From the NCBI GenBank assembly GCA_018692315.1, contig JABHKC010000068.1:13216-77215 (forward strand): 64,000 bases of DNA, written 5' to 3'. The DNA comes from Bacteroidota bacterium (GTDB taxonomy: Bacteria; Bacteroidota; Bacteroidia; Bacteroidales; JABHKC01). The notes under the pieces are model-generated. The model had not been told where the DNA came from, searched no databases, and saw nothing but the letters and a program-made list of their open reading frames with translations. A program made the position numbers and the translations under genes. This document shows, piece after piece, positions 1-10,434 of this stretch. Position 1 is the first letter of the stretch. Every line of letters starts with the position of its first letter.

Positions 1-342
1 TCTGATGGCGAAGAATCTTTAGACTATATTTTTTGCAATGGTAATTACACAGAAAATATTAATCATAAACTACAACTCATTCTCCTCGATCTGAAATTGC
101 CAAAAGTTGATGGACTTAGCATTTTGCAGGAATTAAAATCCAATGAAAAAACTAAATCAATTCCGATCGTAATCTTAACATCATCCTGCGAAGAAAAAGA
201 CCTGATAGATGCGTATAGGCTCGGCGCAAATAGCTACATAATAAAACCAATGAAATTCGAAGATTTTGTGCGACTAATATCAAATCTTAGAAAATACTGG
301 CTCTCCCTAAACGAGCTACCAATCGTTTTAGGAGAAAATTAA
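1..342 (+). CDS. response regulator receiver domain protein (5' partial, frame open from window edge)
   Basis: Frame 1 is open from nt 1. Translation ...LILLDLKLPKVDGLSILQELK...IPIVILTSS...YIIKPMKFEDF is a CheY-like REC domain (acceptor Asp in LLDLKLP, T/S in ILTSS, Lys in IIKP). The TTG at 97 in the ORF track is probably not the real start. Confidence 0.8.
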   Translation, partial: SDGEESLDYIFCNGNYTENINHKLQLILLDLKLPKVDGLSILQELKSNEKTKSIPIVILTSSCEEKDLIDAYRLGANSYIIKPMKFEDFVRLISNLRKYWLSLNELPIVLGEN

Positions 343-383
343 ATGAAAATCTACCAAAATTTACCAATAAAATCTTTTAGCCA

Positions 384-2312
384 ATGAAAATCACCAATTT
401 AAAAATCCTGATTTTAGAAGACAACCATTCGGATGTTTTATTAATGGAACGAGAGTTAAAAAAAGGATTCAGCAATTTTACCATAAAATGGGTTGAAACG
501 GAAGAATCTTACATTCACGAATTGTCAAACTGTGAGTACGATATTATTTTATGCGATTACAGTTTGCCTTCTTATGACGGATTGTCTGCTTTAAAATACG
601 CAATAAAAAAGTGTCCAACAACACCATTTATAATAGTAACCGGTTCTTTAGACGAAGAGACAGCAGTGGAATTGATTTTGGCAGGAGCTTGGGATTATGT
701 CTTGAAAGAGAAATTAATTCGTTTGACATCATCAATTAAATCTTCCTTGAAGCTGAAAAAGGAAATGGAAGAAAAAGCAATTGCCGAACAATCTCTTCGA
801 AAAAGTGAAGTAAAATTTAGAAGAATTTTTGAAAGCTATCAAGATGTATATTACGAATCAGATCTTGAAGGAAAACTTCTTGAAATTAGCCCTTCTTGTT
901 ATGATATTTTTGGGTATTCGAGAAAAGAGCTTTTAGGAACAAGCATAGAAAAACTTTATAAAAATGAAAATGATAGTAGTATATTTTTCCATAAATTGAA
1001 AGAAGAGAGAATGCTAAACGATTATGAACTTCAAATGATTCATAAAAATGGAAAAATATTTCCATGCTCCGTATCGGCAAAACTCACTACTATCGACAAT
1101 AATTCTATCAGTGTAATAGGTTCCCTTCGAAATATTTCTGCAAGAAAATCGGCTGAGTACGAACTGATAATGACTAAAGAAAAAGTTGAAGAGTCGGATA
1201 GACTAAAGTCTGTGTTTCTTTCAATTATGTCTCACGAACTAAGAACTCCCCTGAATGCAATTATTGGATTCTCAGATGTTATTACAAAAAATTCAAATAT
1301 AGACGACATTGTATATTTCAATTCATTGATAAACAAAAATGGAAAAAGCTTACTATCAATTATTGACGAAATATTCCATGTGTCCTCAATTTATGGTAAA
1401 AATGTAAAACTTTCTAACGATAAATTTTTTCTTAGCGATATTTTTAATAAAATTTATGAAACAAACGTAGAAGAACTTCTTAATGTTGGAAAACAAAATA
1501 TAAAGCTTACTGTTTCTCATTGCAAAATTACTAAAGATCAGTATGTTATAACAGATAAAGTAAAACTCAAAAGAGTATTAATGATTTTAGTAAATAATGC
1601 AATCAAGTTTACTGAATCGGGTTCTGTCGAATTTGGTTACGAAATGCAAGCAGATAAGCAATTTTTGTTTTTTATTAAAGACACTGGTTGTGGTATTCCG
1701 CCGGAAAAGCACGATATGATTTATGACGGTTTCAGGCTTGGAGACGAGTCTCACTCAAGAAAACATGGTGGCATTGGATTAGGCTTGCATATTGTTAAAA
1801 AAGTTGTTGAACTTTTGGGTGGTGAAATATTCTTTAAAACTAAAGTTAATAAAAGTACAGAATTCTATTTTTATCTGAAGTTGCCAATCATAAAACAGCA
1901 AAAAGCTAAGATAGAAAAAAAATCTGATGAAAATATTAAATGGGAAAACACTAATTTGTTAGTTGTAGATGATCATTACTCAAGTGTAGAATTAGTGAAG
2001 ATAATATTGAAAAAAACAGGAATTAATATTGGTGTTGCAATAGACGGAGAAGAAGGCGTAAAATTTTGTAACGAAAATCAAAATACCGACATTGTTCTGA
2101 TGGATATAAAAATGCCGCATTTAGATGGTTATAATGCAACAAAAGCTATTAAGAGATTGCATGAAAACATAATAATTATTGCTACAACTGCATATGCTTT
2201 GGTGGGCGATAGAGAGAGGGCTATAGAAGCCGGCTGCGACGATTATGTTCCAAAACCAATAAATTCTGTTGAACTAATAGAAACTATAGGAAAATATATT
2301 GATTCAAAATAG
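384..2312 (+). CDS. hybrid sensor histidine kinase/response regulator (REC-PAS-HisKA-HATPase-REC)
   Basis: 642-aa ORF. N-terminal REC (ILCDYSLPSYDG), PAS-like segment, H-box SIMSHELRTPLNAIIGFSDV, ATPase G-boxes DTGCGIP and GGIGLGLHIVKKVV, C-terminal REC (VLMDIKMPHLDG...PKPI). Confidence 0.9.
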   Translation: MKITNLKILILEDNHSDVLLMERELKKGFSNFTIKWVETEESYIHELSNCEYDIILCDYSLPSYDGLSALKYAIKKCPTTPFIIVTGSLDEETAVELILAGAWDYVLKEKLIRLTSSIKSSLKLKKEMEEKAIAEQSLRKSEVKFRRIFESYQDVYYESDLEGKLLEISPSCYDIFGYSRKELLGTSIEKLYKNENDSSIFFHKLKEERMLNDYELQMIHKNGKIFPCSVSAKLTTIDNNSISVIGSLRNISARKSAEYELIMTKEKVEESDRLKSVFLSIMSHELRTPLNAIIGFSDVITKNSNIDDIVYFNSLINKNGKSLLSIIDEIFHVSSIYGKNVKLSNDKFFLSDIFNKIYETNVEELLNVGKQNIKLTVSHCKITKDQYVITDKVKLKRVLMILVNNAIKFTESGSVEFGYEMQADKQFLFFIKDTGCGIPPEKHDMIYDGFRLGDESHSRKHGGIGLGLHIVKKVVELLGGEIFFKTKVNKSTEFYFYLKLPIIKQQKAKIEKKSDENIKWENTNLLVVDDHYSSVELVKIILKKTGINIGVAIDGEEGVKFCNENQNTDIVLMDIKMPHLDGYNATKAIKRLHENIIIIATTAYALVGDRERAIEAGCDDYVPKPINSVELIETIGKYIDSK

Positions 2313-2433
2313 TGGCTCTAAGAAAGCGACAATAACAGCCTTACTCTTATGTTTAGATCAGTCATTTACAAAAGTAAACTCCTGATTCTAAACATTTCGA
2401 AAGCCTTGTTCTTGCCGCTTTCTTTAAACCCAC
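2312..2433 (+). repeat. hairpin element family H1, copy 1 (conserved apex TCATTTACAAAAGTAAACT at 2362-2380)
   Basis: ~120-nt imperfect palindrome. The 31-nt apex block ATCAGTCATTTACAAAAGTAAACTCCTGATT is identical to 39726-39756. Confidence 0.8.
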
Positions 2434-2502
2434 TTCAAAAAAAGTGAGTTTCCATAGAAATAACAAATAGCCCAGTTTACAAAATGTGAAATAAAATTGA
2501 AA

Positions 2503-3615
2503 CTATAAAAATATTTTCAATAGTTCAATTTCTTGTTTTTCCCAACAAAATTCTTTGGCTGCTTTAATTAGATCGTTTTTCCAGATTTTTCTTAAATCAT
2601 TAGAATCTAACATCTTTAAAATTGAAGCTGCAATATGCTCAGGTTCATGGCTTTTTATCTGCAAACCAATATTGTATTTTTTGTATATCAAATCAATTTC
2701 AGCTAATGAAGAAGCCAAAACCGGAACGCCTGCCTGGATGTAATCAAATATTTTATTTGGCAATGCATATTGATAGTTTAGATTTGTATTTTCTTCGAGC
2801 GACACTCCAATTGAAGCAATTTTTGTGTAAGCGGGCAAATGATAATATGGAATTTTTCCTATGAATTTTACCTTCTCGTCAAGTTTCAAATTTTTTGTTA
2901 ATTGTTTCAGTTGCAAACTAATATCTCCATCCCCAATAATTAGCAAGACAGCATTCTCAATAAACTGCATTGCTTTGATCATGCTTTCCAAACCACGATC
3001 TACATTCAGACTTCCCTGATACAAAACAACTTTTTTCCCTTCCGGGATATCTATTTTTTTATTTGAATTTTGAATATTTGTTTTCTCGCAGATAGGATAA
3101 TTTTTTATTATTTGCATATTTATCCCATATTTTTCGCTGAAAATTTTGGCAAGAGATTGGCAAACAGTATATGAATGTTTTATTTTTGGAACAATAAATT
3201 TTTCTATTGAAAGCCATATTTTTCTTACTGATTTTCTATTTTTTAATTCTGGAACTTCCGTAAAATATTCATGCGAATCGTAAACAAGTTTGGTTTTTTT
3301 TAGAATTGATGCAAAATAGTTTGCCGCCAAAGTATCAAGATCATTCGCAAGAAATATATCGGCTTTTCTGAAAATTAGGAAAAAGAACAATCTTAAATTA
3401 TATTCAGCATAAAAAAATGCAGTTTTTGTGAAAAGCAATTTCATTCGTTTCGTTTCATAGGATTGTCTTTTAAGTTCCTGACTGTTTGGAAGTTTTCGTC
3501 CTACAACTAAAACATCGAAATTGTTCTTAACAAGCGATTGAGCAACTTTATGGACACGCTGGTCGGCAACCAGATCGTTTGTTACTGAGATTATTATTTT
3601 TTTTGCTTTGTTCAA
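2503..3615 (-). CDS. glycosyltransferase, GT4/GT1-type (GT-B fold)
   Basis: 370-aa ORF. N-terminal IIISVTNDLVADQRVHKVA and C-terminal E-x7-E-like region ALPNKIFDYIQAGVPVLAS are typical of family 4 glycosyltransferases. Confidence 0.75.
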   Translation of the reverse strand: MNKAKKIIISVTNDLVADQRVHKVAQSLVKNNFDVLVVGRKLPNSQELKRQSYETKRMKLLFTKTAFFYAEYNLRLFFFLIFRKADIFLANDLDTLAANYFASILKKTKLVYDSHEYFTEVPELKNRKSVRKIWLSIEKFIVPKIKHSYTVCQSLAKIFSEKYGINMQIIKNYPICEKTNIQNSNKKIDIPEGKKVVLYQGSLNVDRGLESMIKAMQFIENAVLLIIGDGDISLQLKQLTKNLKLDEKVKFIGKIPYYHLPAYTKIASIGVSLEENTNLNYQYALPNKIFDYIQAGVPVLASSLAEIDLIYKKYNIGLQIKSHEPEHIAASILKMLDSNDLRKIWKNDLIKAAKEFCWEKQEIELLKIFL

Positions 3616-3643
3616 AATTTATAGATGTTGATAGAACTATGTT

Positions 3644-5374
3644 TTATTCTATTAGAGAAACTTTCTGATAATGCATGGTTTCATCTGTTTCAAATTTAAT
3701 TATATAAATTCCGGTGGCACATTTTGTACCTGTAGAATTAGTCCCATCCCAAAAAGCTGAATGATTTCCAGCAAGTTTTTCTCCAATTTCAAGCAAACGA
3801 ACCAAAGATCCACGGTAGTTGTATATATTTATTTGAATTTCTGAATTTTTATCTAAACTATAATCAATTCTCACTTCATTGCATAATGGGTTTGGATAGG
3901 CTTTTAGATTGGCATTGTTTTTTATTTCTGTAATTACTGCAGGCTCTTGTGATAGTTTTAGAATAAATACATCTCTTTCTCCAATAGAAGAAAGATTAAA
4001 TATTCCATTTCCCGGATTAAAATCAACCGAATCTATATAATACCCTGTTAAATAAACATTACCAGGAACATCGATAAAAATATCCCATGATCTATCAAAT
4101 TGGTATCCTCCAATAGCTTGAGCCCAAACAAATTCTCCTAAAGGGTTAAGTTTCAATATGAAAATGTTTTCATATCCATTTGAACTAAGATAATATATTC
4201 CACTCCCTGGATCAAAATCAACTTCATTTTGAAAAAGCCCTGTAATATAAATGTGCTCACTATTGTCAATGCTTAAAGAATAGCCATATTCAGCAAGGCT
4301 TCCACCTATTTTTTTTGCCCAACTAAAGTTACCATAATAATCTAATTTCAAAACAAATATATCATGAACTCCATTTGAATTCATAAAATAAGTTCCATAT
4401 CCAGGATCAAAATCAACTGTGTCATAGAAATATCCTGTTGTATATATATTATCTTCACTATCAACATCTATAGAATAGCCAAAATCATATGAGCTTCCAC
4501 CAATTGCTTTGGCCCATTCAAAACTTCCCTCAGGATTTAATTTGGAAATAAAAATATCCTGACAACCAGAATAATTAAGATAAAATGTTTCATTTCCGGG
4601 ATTAAAATCAACTGAATCTGTGAAAAAACCTGTTGTTAATACATTTCCTTTAGAGTCAACATCTATAGAATAGCCAAAATCATATGAGCTTCCTCCCATA
4701 GCTTTTGCCCATAAAAAATTTCCATAATGATCTAATTTTGAAATAAAAATATCATATCCGCCTGATGAGAGAAGATTATAAGTTTCTTCACTTGGGTTAA
4801 AATCGGCAGTATCAAAAAATTTACCTGTAGTATAAACATTTCCTGCTATATCGGCAACAATCGCCATACCAATATCTTTTGATATTCCTCCCATAGATTT
4901 TGCCCAAACAAAATCTCCGTTTGAATCAAGTTTTAATACAAAAACATCATCATTCCCATTAGAAATTAGATTATATGTACCAATGCCAGGATCAAAATCA
5001 GCAGTTTCTTCAAAATGCCCAGTTATATATACGTTTCCAACTACATCTACATCTAAGGCATAACTGTACTCAGATCTACAACCACCCAAGGCCTTTGCCC
5101 AAACAAAACTTCCTGTGGCATCTAACTTTAATACGAATATGTCAGCATTTCCATTTGTTGTCAGATTAAATATTCCAATTCCAGGATCAAAGTCGGTTGT
5201 GCCTCTAAAAATTCCTGTTGAATAAACATATCCATCCTTATCAACTGAAATTGAATAGCCATGATCATCATACATTCCACCTAAACCCACAGCCCATTCA
5301 AATTCCGGTTCTTGAGCAAAAAGGTTGATTGTAATCCAAAAAATGCTTAAAAATGTGAAAATCGTCTTTTTCAT
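3644..5374 (-). CDS. secreted SBBP-type beta-propeller repeat protein with T9SS C-terminal sorting domain
   Basis: Signal peptide MKKTIFTFLSIFWITINLFAQ. About 9 tandem ~48-aa repeats (GNVYxTGxFxxTxDFDPGxGxxxLxSxGxxDIFVLKLDxxGxFxWAKxxGG). C-terminal YPNPLCNEVRIDY...GIYIIKFETD CTD. Confidence 0.8.
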   Translation of the reverse strand: MKKTIFTFLSIFWITINLFAQEPEFEWAVGLGGMYDDHGYSISVDKDGYVYSTGIFRGTTDFDPGIGIFNLTTNGNADIFVLKLDATGSFVWAKALGGCRSEYSYALDVDVVGNVYITGHFEETADFDPGIGTYNLISNGNDDVFVLKLDSNGDFVWAKSMGGISKDIGMAIVADIAGNVYTTGKFFDTADFNPSEETYNLLSSGGYDIFISKLDHYGNFLWAKAMGGSSYDFGYSIDVDSKGNVLTTGFFTDSVDFNPGNETFYLNYSGCQDIFISKLNPEGSFEWAKAIGGSSYDFGYSIDVDSEDNIYTTGYFYDTVDFDPGYGTYFMNSNGVHDIFVLKLDYYGNFSWAKKIGGSLAEYGYSLSIDNSEHIYITGLFQNEVDFDPGSGIYYLSSNGYENIFILKLNPLGEFVWAQAIGGYQFDRSWDIFIDVPGNVYLTGYYIDSVDFNPGNGIFNLSSIGERDVFILKLSQEPAVITEIKNNANLKAYPNPLCNEVRIDYSLDKNSEIQINIYNYRGSLVRLLEIGEKLAGNHSAFWDGTNSTGTKCATGIYIIKFETDETMHYQKVSLIE

Positions 5375-5463
5375 GACAAATCAGTTTTTCAGTTATTATT
5401 TGGTAAAAATAAGCAAAACTGTTTCTTTTTCAAAAGGTTTTTTTGGATTTTATTGAGGTAGTT

Positions 5464-8352
5464 TCAATTAACCTGCATAGTTTCAAGCTCCTTTTTCAAA
5501 TATTTGGCAGTATAACTATTCCGCTTGGAGATAAGTTGTTTAGGGGTGCCGGTAAAAATAATTTCACCTCCTTCTTTTCCACCTTCTTTACCCATATCAA
5601 TAATATAATCAGCAACTTTTATTACATCCATATTGTGTTCAATAATCAAAATTGTATTTCCTCTATCAACAAGTTTGTTCAAAACTCCAAGCAGAACTCT
5701 TATATCTTCGAAATGTAAGCCTGTAGTTGGTTCATCTAAAATGTATAAAGTTTTTCCGGTGTCTCTTTTCGATAGCTCTGCAGCAAGTTTAACACGTTGA
5801 GATTCGCCTCCGGAAAGTGTTGTACTTGATTGTCCAAGAGTAATGTAGCCCAATCCAACTTCCTGAATTGTTATTATTTTATTTCTAATTGATGGTATAT
5901 TTTCGAAAAATTTAACAGCTTGATTGATAGTCATATTCAAGACATCGCTGATTGATTTTCCTTTATATCTGATTTCCAGAGTTTCAATATTATATCGTTT
6001 TCCGTTGCAGTCTTCGCACTGAACATAAACATCTGGCAGAAAATTCATTTCAATGGTTTTTAGTCCGGCTCCACGGCAGGTTTCGCATCTTCCTCCTTTC
6101 ACATTAAATGAAAATCTGCCGGCTTTGTATCCTCTGATTTTTGATTCAGGAATACTTTCAAACAGTTTCCTAATGTCGGCAAAAACACCGGTATAAGTTA
6201 CAGGATTTGAACGTGGAGTTTTCCCTAATGGCGACTGATCTACCTCAATTACTTTGTCAATATTTTCAATTCCTTTTATCGATTTGTAATCTAATGGTTC
6301 TTTGTGCGACCTGTAGAAATGTTTGCTTAAAATAGGATGTAGAGTTTCGTTAATTAATGACGATTTCCCGCTACCTGATACTCCGGTAACACAAATAAAT
6401 TTTCCAAGTGGAAATGTGCAATTTACATTTTTTAGATTATTTCCGCTTGCACCTTTCAAAACTATAGATTTCCCATTTCCTTCTCTGTATGTTTTAGGAA
6501 CATCGATTCTTTTTTTGTTGATTAAATATTGTGTGGTTAATGTTTGCGAATTTAATAATGTATCAATATCGCCATGTGCTACAACTTCGCCACCATGTTT
6601 TCCTGCAAAAGGGCCCAAATCTATAACATAATCTGAGGACAAAATCATTTCTTTATCGTGCTCTACAACTATTATTGAGTTTCCTGAATCTCGAAGTTGT
6701 TTTAAAGAATTTATCAACTTTATATTATCACGCTGGTGCAGGCCAATACTGGGCTCATCAAGAATGTATAAGACATTTACCAATTGTGAACCTACTTGAG
6801 TTGCAAGCCTGATTCTTTGATTTTCTCCGCCCGAGAGCGATTTCGAGCTTCTATTCAACGAAAGATAATTTAATCCTACATCGAGCAAAAATTGCAATCT
6901 CGTTTTCACTTCCTTTAAAACTTCACGGGCAATAAGATTTTGTTTTTCCGATAGTTTTGTTTCGATATTGTCAAACCAATTCTTTAGATCGCTAATATCC
7001 AAAGCAGAAATTTGATCAATACTTTTACCTGCAATTTTGAAATTGAGCGACTCTTTTTTTAATCTTGCTCCTTGGCATTCAGGGCAAATTGTTTTTCTGA
7101 CAAAATCATTATTTCTCCCATTTTTTCTAACTACCTTTTTATCATCGTTTTTCTCCTGTTTTCTCGAAATGTAATTAATTATGCCATCATAACTCAAGAA
7201 ATAATTTGAAAATCGACCAAGCGGAGTATTTTTCAACCTAAATGTTTCTTCAGAACCATGCAAAACTATATTCATTGCATTCTCAGAAATGTCTTCAATT
7301 GGAGTTTTCAGATTAAAATCATATTTCTCTCCAATTGCTTCTATCTGCCAAAATATTAATGAATTGCTGGCTTTTCCTAATGCAGAAATTCCACCTTCGG
7401 CAATCGAAAGTTTTGAATTTGGAATAATTTTTTGATAATCAATTTCATTAACCATCCCAAGCCCGTTGCATCGTTGACAAGCTCCTTGTGGGGAATTGAA
7501 CGAAAAGCTGTGTGGTGCAGGCTCTACGTAAGAAATTCCGCTCGTTGGACACATTAAATGGCGGCTATAGAATTTTACTTTTTCTGTTTCAGTATTATAA
7601 ATTAAAATCACACCTTTGCCATGTTTCATAGCAATTGCGATGGAGTCATTCAATCGTTTTCGTGATTTTTCGCTAATGCTAATTTTGTCGATAACAATTT
7701 CAATATCATGATTTTTATATCTATCTAACTTAATGGAAGTAGATAATTGCCTTAATTTGCCATCGATACGCACCTGTAGAAAACCTTTTTTTCTTATCTC
7801 TTCAAGAAGCTCTTTATAATGACCTTTTCTCGACTGAACTATTGGTGAAAGAATTAGAATATTTTTATTGCTAAAATTGTTGATAATAAGAGAAATTATT
7901 TGTTCGTCAGTATATTTCACCATTTTTTCGCCAGAAACATACGAATATGCTTCACCAATTCTAGCATATAAAAGGCGTAAAAAATCGTATATTTCTGTAA
8001 TAGTTCCAACCGTAGAACGTGGATTTTTTATAGTGGTTTTTTGCTCGATAGAAATAACAGGACTCAAACCTGAGATTTTATCAACATCAGGTCGTTCCAT
8101 CATACCTAAAAACTGGCGAGCATAAGCCGAGAAAGTTTCAACATATCTTCTTTGTCCTTCGGCATGAATTGTGTCAAATGCAAGCGAAGACTTTCCACTA
8201 CCGCTTAATCCGGTAATTACTGTAAGTTTATTTCTTGGAATTGAAATATCAATATTCTTAAGGTTATGTACGCGAGCACCAAGAACATTTATGCCGTTTT
8301 CGTCGAAAAAGGGATCATTTTCAAAGTTTATTTTTGTATTTTCTTTCTTCAT
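5464..8352 (-). CDS. uvrA: excinuclease ABC subunit A
   Basis: 962-aa ORF with two ABC ATPase modules ([40 protein letters not shown]) and zinc-finger cysteines ([17 protein letters not shown]). Confidence 0.97.
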   Translation of the reverse strand: MKKENTKINFENDPFFDENGINVLGARVHNLKNIDISIPRNKLTVITGLSGSGKSSLAFDTIHAEGQRRYVETFSAYARQFLGMMERPDVDKISGLSPVISIEQKTTIKNPRSTVGTITEIYDFLRLLYARIGEAYSYVSGEKMVKYTDEQIISLIINNFSNKNILILSPIVQSRKGHYKELLEEIRKKGFLQVRIDGKLRQLSTSIKLDRYKNHDIEIVIDKISISEKSRKRLNDSIAIAMKHGKGVILIYNTETEKVKFYSRHLMCPTSGISYVEPAPHSFSFNSPQGACQRCNGLGMVNEIDYQKIIPNSKLSIAEGGISALGKASNSLIFWQIEAIGEKYDFNLKTPIEDISENAMNIVLHGSEETFRLKNTPLGRFSNYFLSYDGIINYISRKQEKNDDKKVVRKNGRNNDFVRKTICPECQGARLKKESLNFKIAGKSIDQISALDISDLKNWFDNIETKLSEKQNLIAREVLKEVKTRLQFLLDVGLNYLSLNRSSKSLSGGENQRIRLATQVGSQLVNVLYILDEPSIGLHQRDNIKLINSLKQLRDSGNSIIVVEHDKEMILSSDYVIDLGPFAGKHGGEVVAHGDIDTLLNSQTLTTQYLINKKRIDVPKTYREGNGKSIVLKGASGNNLKNVNCTFPLGKFICVTGVSGSGKSSLINETLHPILSKHFYRSHKEPLDYKSIKGIENIDKVIEVDQSPLGKTPRSNPVTYTGVFADIRKLFESIPESKIRGYKAGRFSFNVKGGRCETCRGAGLKTIEMNFLPDVYVQCEDCNGKRYNIETLEIRYKGKSISDVLNMTINQAVKFFENIPSIRNKIITIQEVGLGYITLGQSSTTLSGGESQRVKLAAELSKRDTGKTLYILDEPTTGLHFEDIRVLLGVLNKLVDRGNTILIIEHNMDVIKVADYIIDMGKEGGKEGGEIIFTGTPKQLISKRNSYTAKYLKKELETMQVN

Positions 8353-8371
8353 TAAAATGGTATTTGGCTAA

Positions 8372-9343
8372 TTATTCTTCAAATTCTATTTCTCTGTTAG
8401 CATCGACAGGAATTTTAATGAAGTACTCTTTTCTTGATTTATTTGTGAGATAATGATTTCGTAGCCAAGGATTAAAAACTTTTAAAATTTTATAGTTTGT
8501 TCCATATATTTTTGCAAAATCGGCGAAATGCGAAACTGCCGAATCCACTTTTATTTCCTTGGTTTCAAAAAATGGATAATAATCTTTTTCAGAAATATCG
8601 AAACTATATTTTGCCGGATTCTGAAAAATTATTTTAGTAGCAATTGCTCTAAATATATATCTTGAGGTTTCTTCGTTCAATAAAAGATCGTAGTAATTAT
8701 GTGCTTTTTGTCGCTCCAATTCTTCACTTAGCCTGCGTCTGCCAATGTTATAGGAAGCTGCTGCCAGGGTCCAGTTTTTGTATTTTTCATACGATTTGTT
8801 GAAATATTTGCAGGCTGCTTGTGTGGCTTTTTCAAGGTGATATCTCTCGTCAATTTGGCTATTCACCTCTAAACCAGTTTCTTTGGCTGTCCCTTTTAGA
8901 AATTGCCAAAACCCAACCGCTCCAGCCGGAGAAGTAACATTAGATAGCCCACTTTCTACAATAGCCAAATATTTGAAATCGTCTGGTATGTTGTTTTTTT
9001 TCAAAATGGGTTCTATAGTTTTGAAATACCTGTTGGCTTTTTTCAAGTGCAGAAATGTTTGAGAATGCCAATATGTATTTATTAAAAGCTCTCGATCTAA
9101 ACCTTCAGACACATCAAAATTTTTAACTGGGACTTTTTCGTTAGCGAAGGATATATGTTTAGGAATTTCAATTGGCGAAAAAACATTTTTGTTTTTAGAG
9201 TTAGATGATGGCTCTTCGCTTGCCGAAAAAATGAATAGATTAGATATTGTAAAGAGCAACGAAAAAACTATTGAAATATATAATATGTTAATTATTAGCT
9301 TGTTTTTGTACAAATTATTCAATGTGTTAATTCCTATTTTCAT
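8372..9343 (-). CDS. lytic murein transglycosylase (SLT domain, MltD-like)
   Basis: N-terminal membrane anchor. SLT catalytic signature AIVESGLSNVTSPAGAVGFWQF and AASYNIGRRRL. Confidence 0.8.
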   Translation of the reverse strand: MKIGINTLNNLYKNKLIINILYISIVFSLLFTISNLFIFSASEEPSSNSKNKNVFSPIEIPKHISFANEKVPVKNFDVSEGLDRELLINTYWHSQTFLHLKKANRYFKTIEPILKKNNIPDDFKYLAIVESGLSNVTSPAGAVGFWQFLKGTAKETGLEVNSQIDERYHLEKATQAACKYFNKSYEKYKNWTLAAASYNIGRRRLSEELERQKAHNYYDLLLNEETSRYIFRAIATKIIFQNPAKYSFDISEKDYYPFFETKEIKVDSAVSHFADFAKIYGTNYKILKVFNPWLRNHYLTNKSRKEYFIKIPVDANREIEFEE

Positions 9344-9420
9344 AGAGTAATACAGTATTTATTAAAAATTTGCAAAATTAGTTTTTTTAGCAATAGTTTA
9401 ATAATAGAAAAGTAACAAAA

Positions 9421-9455
9421 TGAAAAAAGCCACTAATTACTTAAAATTAATGGCT
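9421..9455 (-). terminator. hairpin terminator candidate
   Basis: 11-bp stem with 1 mismatch (AGCCACTAATT / AATTAATGGCT), then a T-run on the minus strand. It lies just downstream of the extended reading frame that ends at 9482. Confidence 0.55.
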
Positions 9456-9640
9456 TTAGAATGTTGGGGAACTTTTGAGTTTTATTTTCTCACGTATTGT
9501 TCGCTTGAAAAATCGTATATTTTTCTAACTTGTTTTGTGTCATTATCAATCACACTTTTATAAATGCTAAATTCTTTTTGATAAGCTTCTAAATTTTTGG
9601 TATTTCCATTTTGAGAGTTGTTGTCAGTAAATTGATTATA

Positions 9641-10228
9641 TTAATCGGAATGCTTATTCTTATTTGAAGCATACTCGTTGTTTTGAGAATTAAGACCTGA
9701 ATTTTGGTTTTGCAATTTATTTTTTGATGAATTATCGTAGTATTGAGATCTATTTCTGTTTGAAGTTCTTGATTTATAAGTAACTATTGTATTTCCATTT
9801 CTGTTTTTTTCAACTTTTAATACATCGTCTCTTTTAATGTGGGCAAATTCTTCTTTAGCTTCTTCTTTTTTGATTTTTGATTTTGATACATAAGTAGTTA
9901 TGACTTGTCCTTTAGAATTTACTTTTTTGCTTAAAACTACTTTTCCGTTTTCAGTTCTTTTTTGATTGTCAACATTTGTTCCGTATCCACCTTTGTGATA
10001 AGTAATTTTACCTTTATTTTTTGTCATAATAGCCAATTTCTCTTTCTGCTTGGAGTTTTTTTCAATAATTTTTGAGTCTATTTCATTATCATCTATTCCG
10101 TATCCACCTTTAATATATGTGTGTTTTTTGTTTTGATCTGAAGATTCCGATCTTGAATTACTATTTTGGCTAAAGGAATTAGGAATTATAAAAAGTATCA
10201 GTAAAATGTTTATTAAAGTTTTCATCAT
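9641..10228 (-). CDS. hypothetical secreted Lys/Asn-rich protein (possibly truncated by an in-frame TAA, see findings)
   Basis: Signal peptide MMKTLINILLILFIIPNSFSQ. Internal repeats (TYIKGGYGIDDNE / TYHKGGYGTNVDN). No family recognised. Confidence 0.5.
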   Translation of the reverse strand: MMKTLINILLILFIIPNSFSQNSNSRSESSDQNKKHTYIKGGYGIDDNEIDSKIIEKNSKQKEKLAIMTKNKGKITYHKGGYGTNVDNQKRTENGKVVLSKKVNSKGQVITTYVSKSKIKKEEAKEEFAHIKRDDVLKVEKNRNGNTIVTYKSRTSNRNRSQYYDNSSKNKLQNQNSGLNSQNNEYASNKNKHSD

Positions 10229-10434
10229 TTCAAATTTTAAATTCTATACAATGATACAGCAATAAGCATTTATATGATTTCAATTATTGATAAACCACTT
10301 TTATTTTTATTTCAAAAATTCAGGAATTGATAAATCCGTTTTTTTTTCATGCGAAAGCACAAAATACTTTGATTAAAATAATGGTGTGTTGGTTAGCTTT
10401 TCAAATGAGGAAAGTAATAGTTTTGGATGTTTTC

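Noticed and set aside
2312-2433. H1 hairpins as integron attC sites or as classical MITEs
   Set aside because: There is no integron integrase, no cassette-like gene array and no R-box-type core sites. For MITEs, I saw no obvious target-site duplications, and the arms are too divergent between copies while the apex is identical. This cannot be fully excluded without a genome-wide census.
5464-8352. Antisense 'shadow' ORFs inside long genes (e.g. 6323-6631, 7868-8125 and 8171-8371 in uvrA; 46927-49019 series in dnaE; 18703-20967 series in the C25 gene; 54185-56671 series in the BNR gene; 28683-28928 and 30001-30282 in czcA)
   Set aside because: All lie fully inside well-supported genes on the opposite strand or in another frame. 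They have no recognisable motifs and composition typical of antisense translation.
10330-10370. T9 run followed by CATGCGAAAGCAC as a terminator
   Set aside because: The stem is only 3-4 bp, and the T-run precedes rather than follows it on the plus strand. On the minus strand it is followed by an A-run. It does not fit an intrinsic terminator on either strand.
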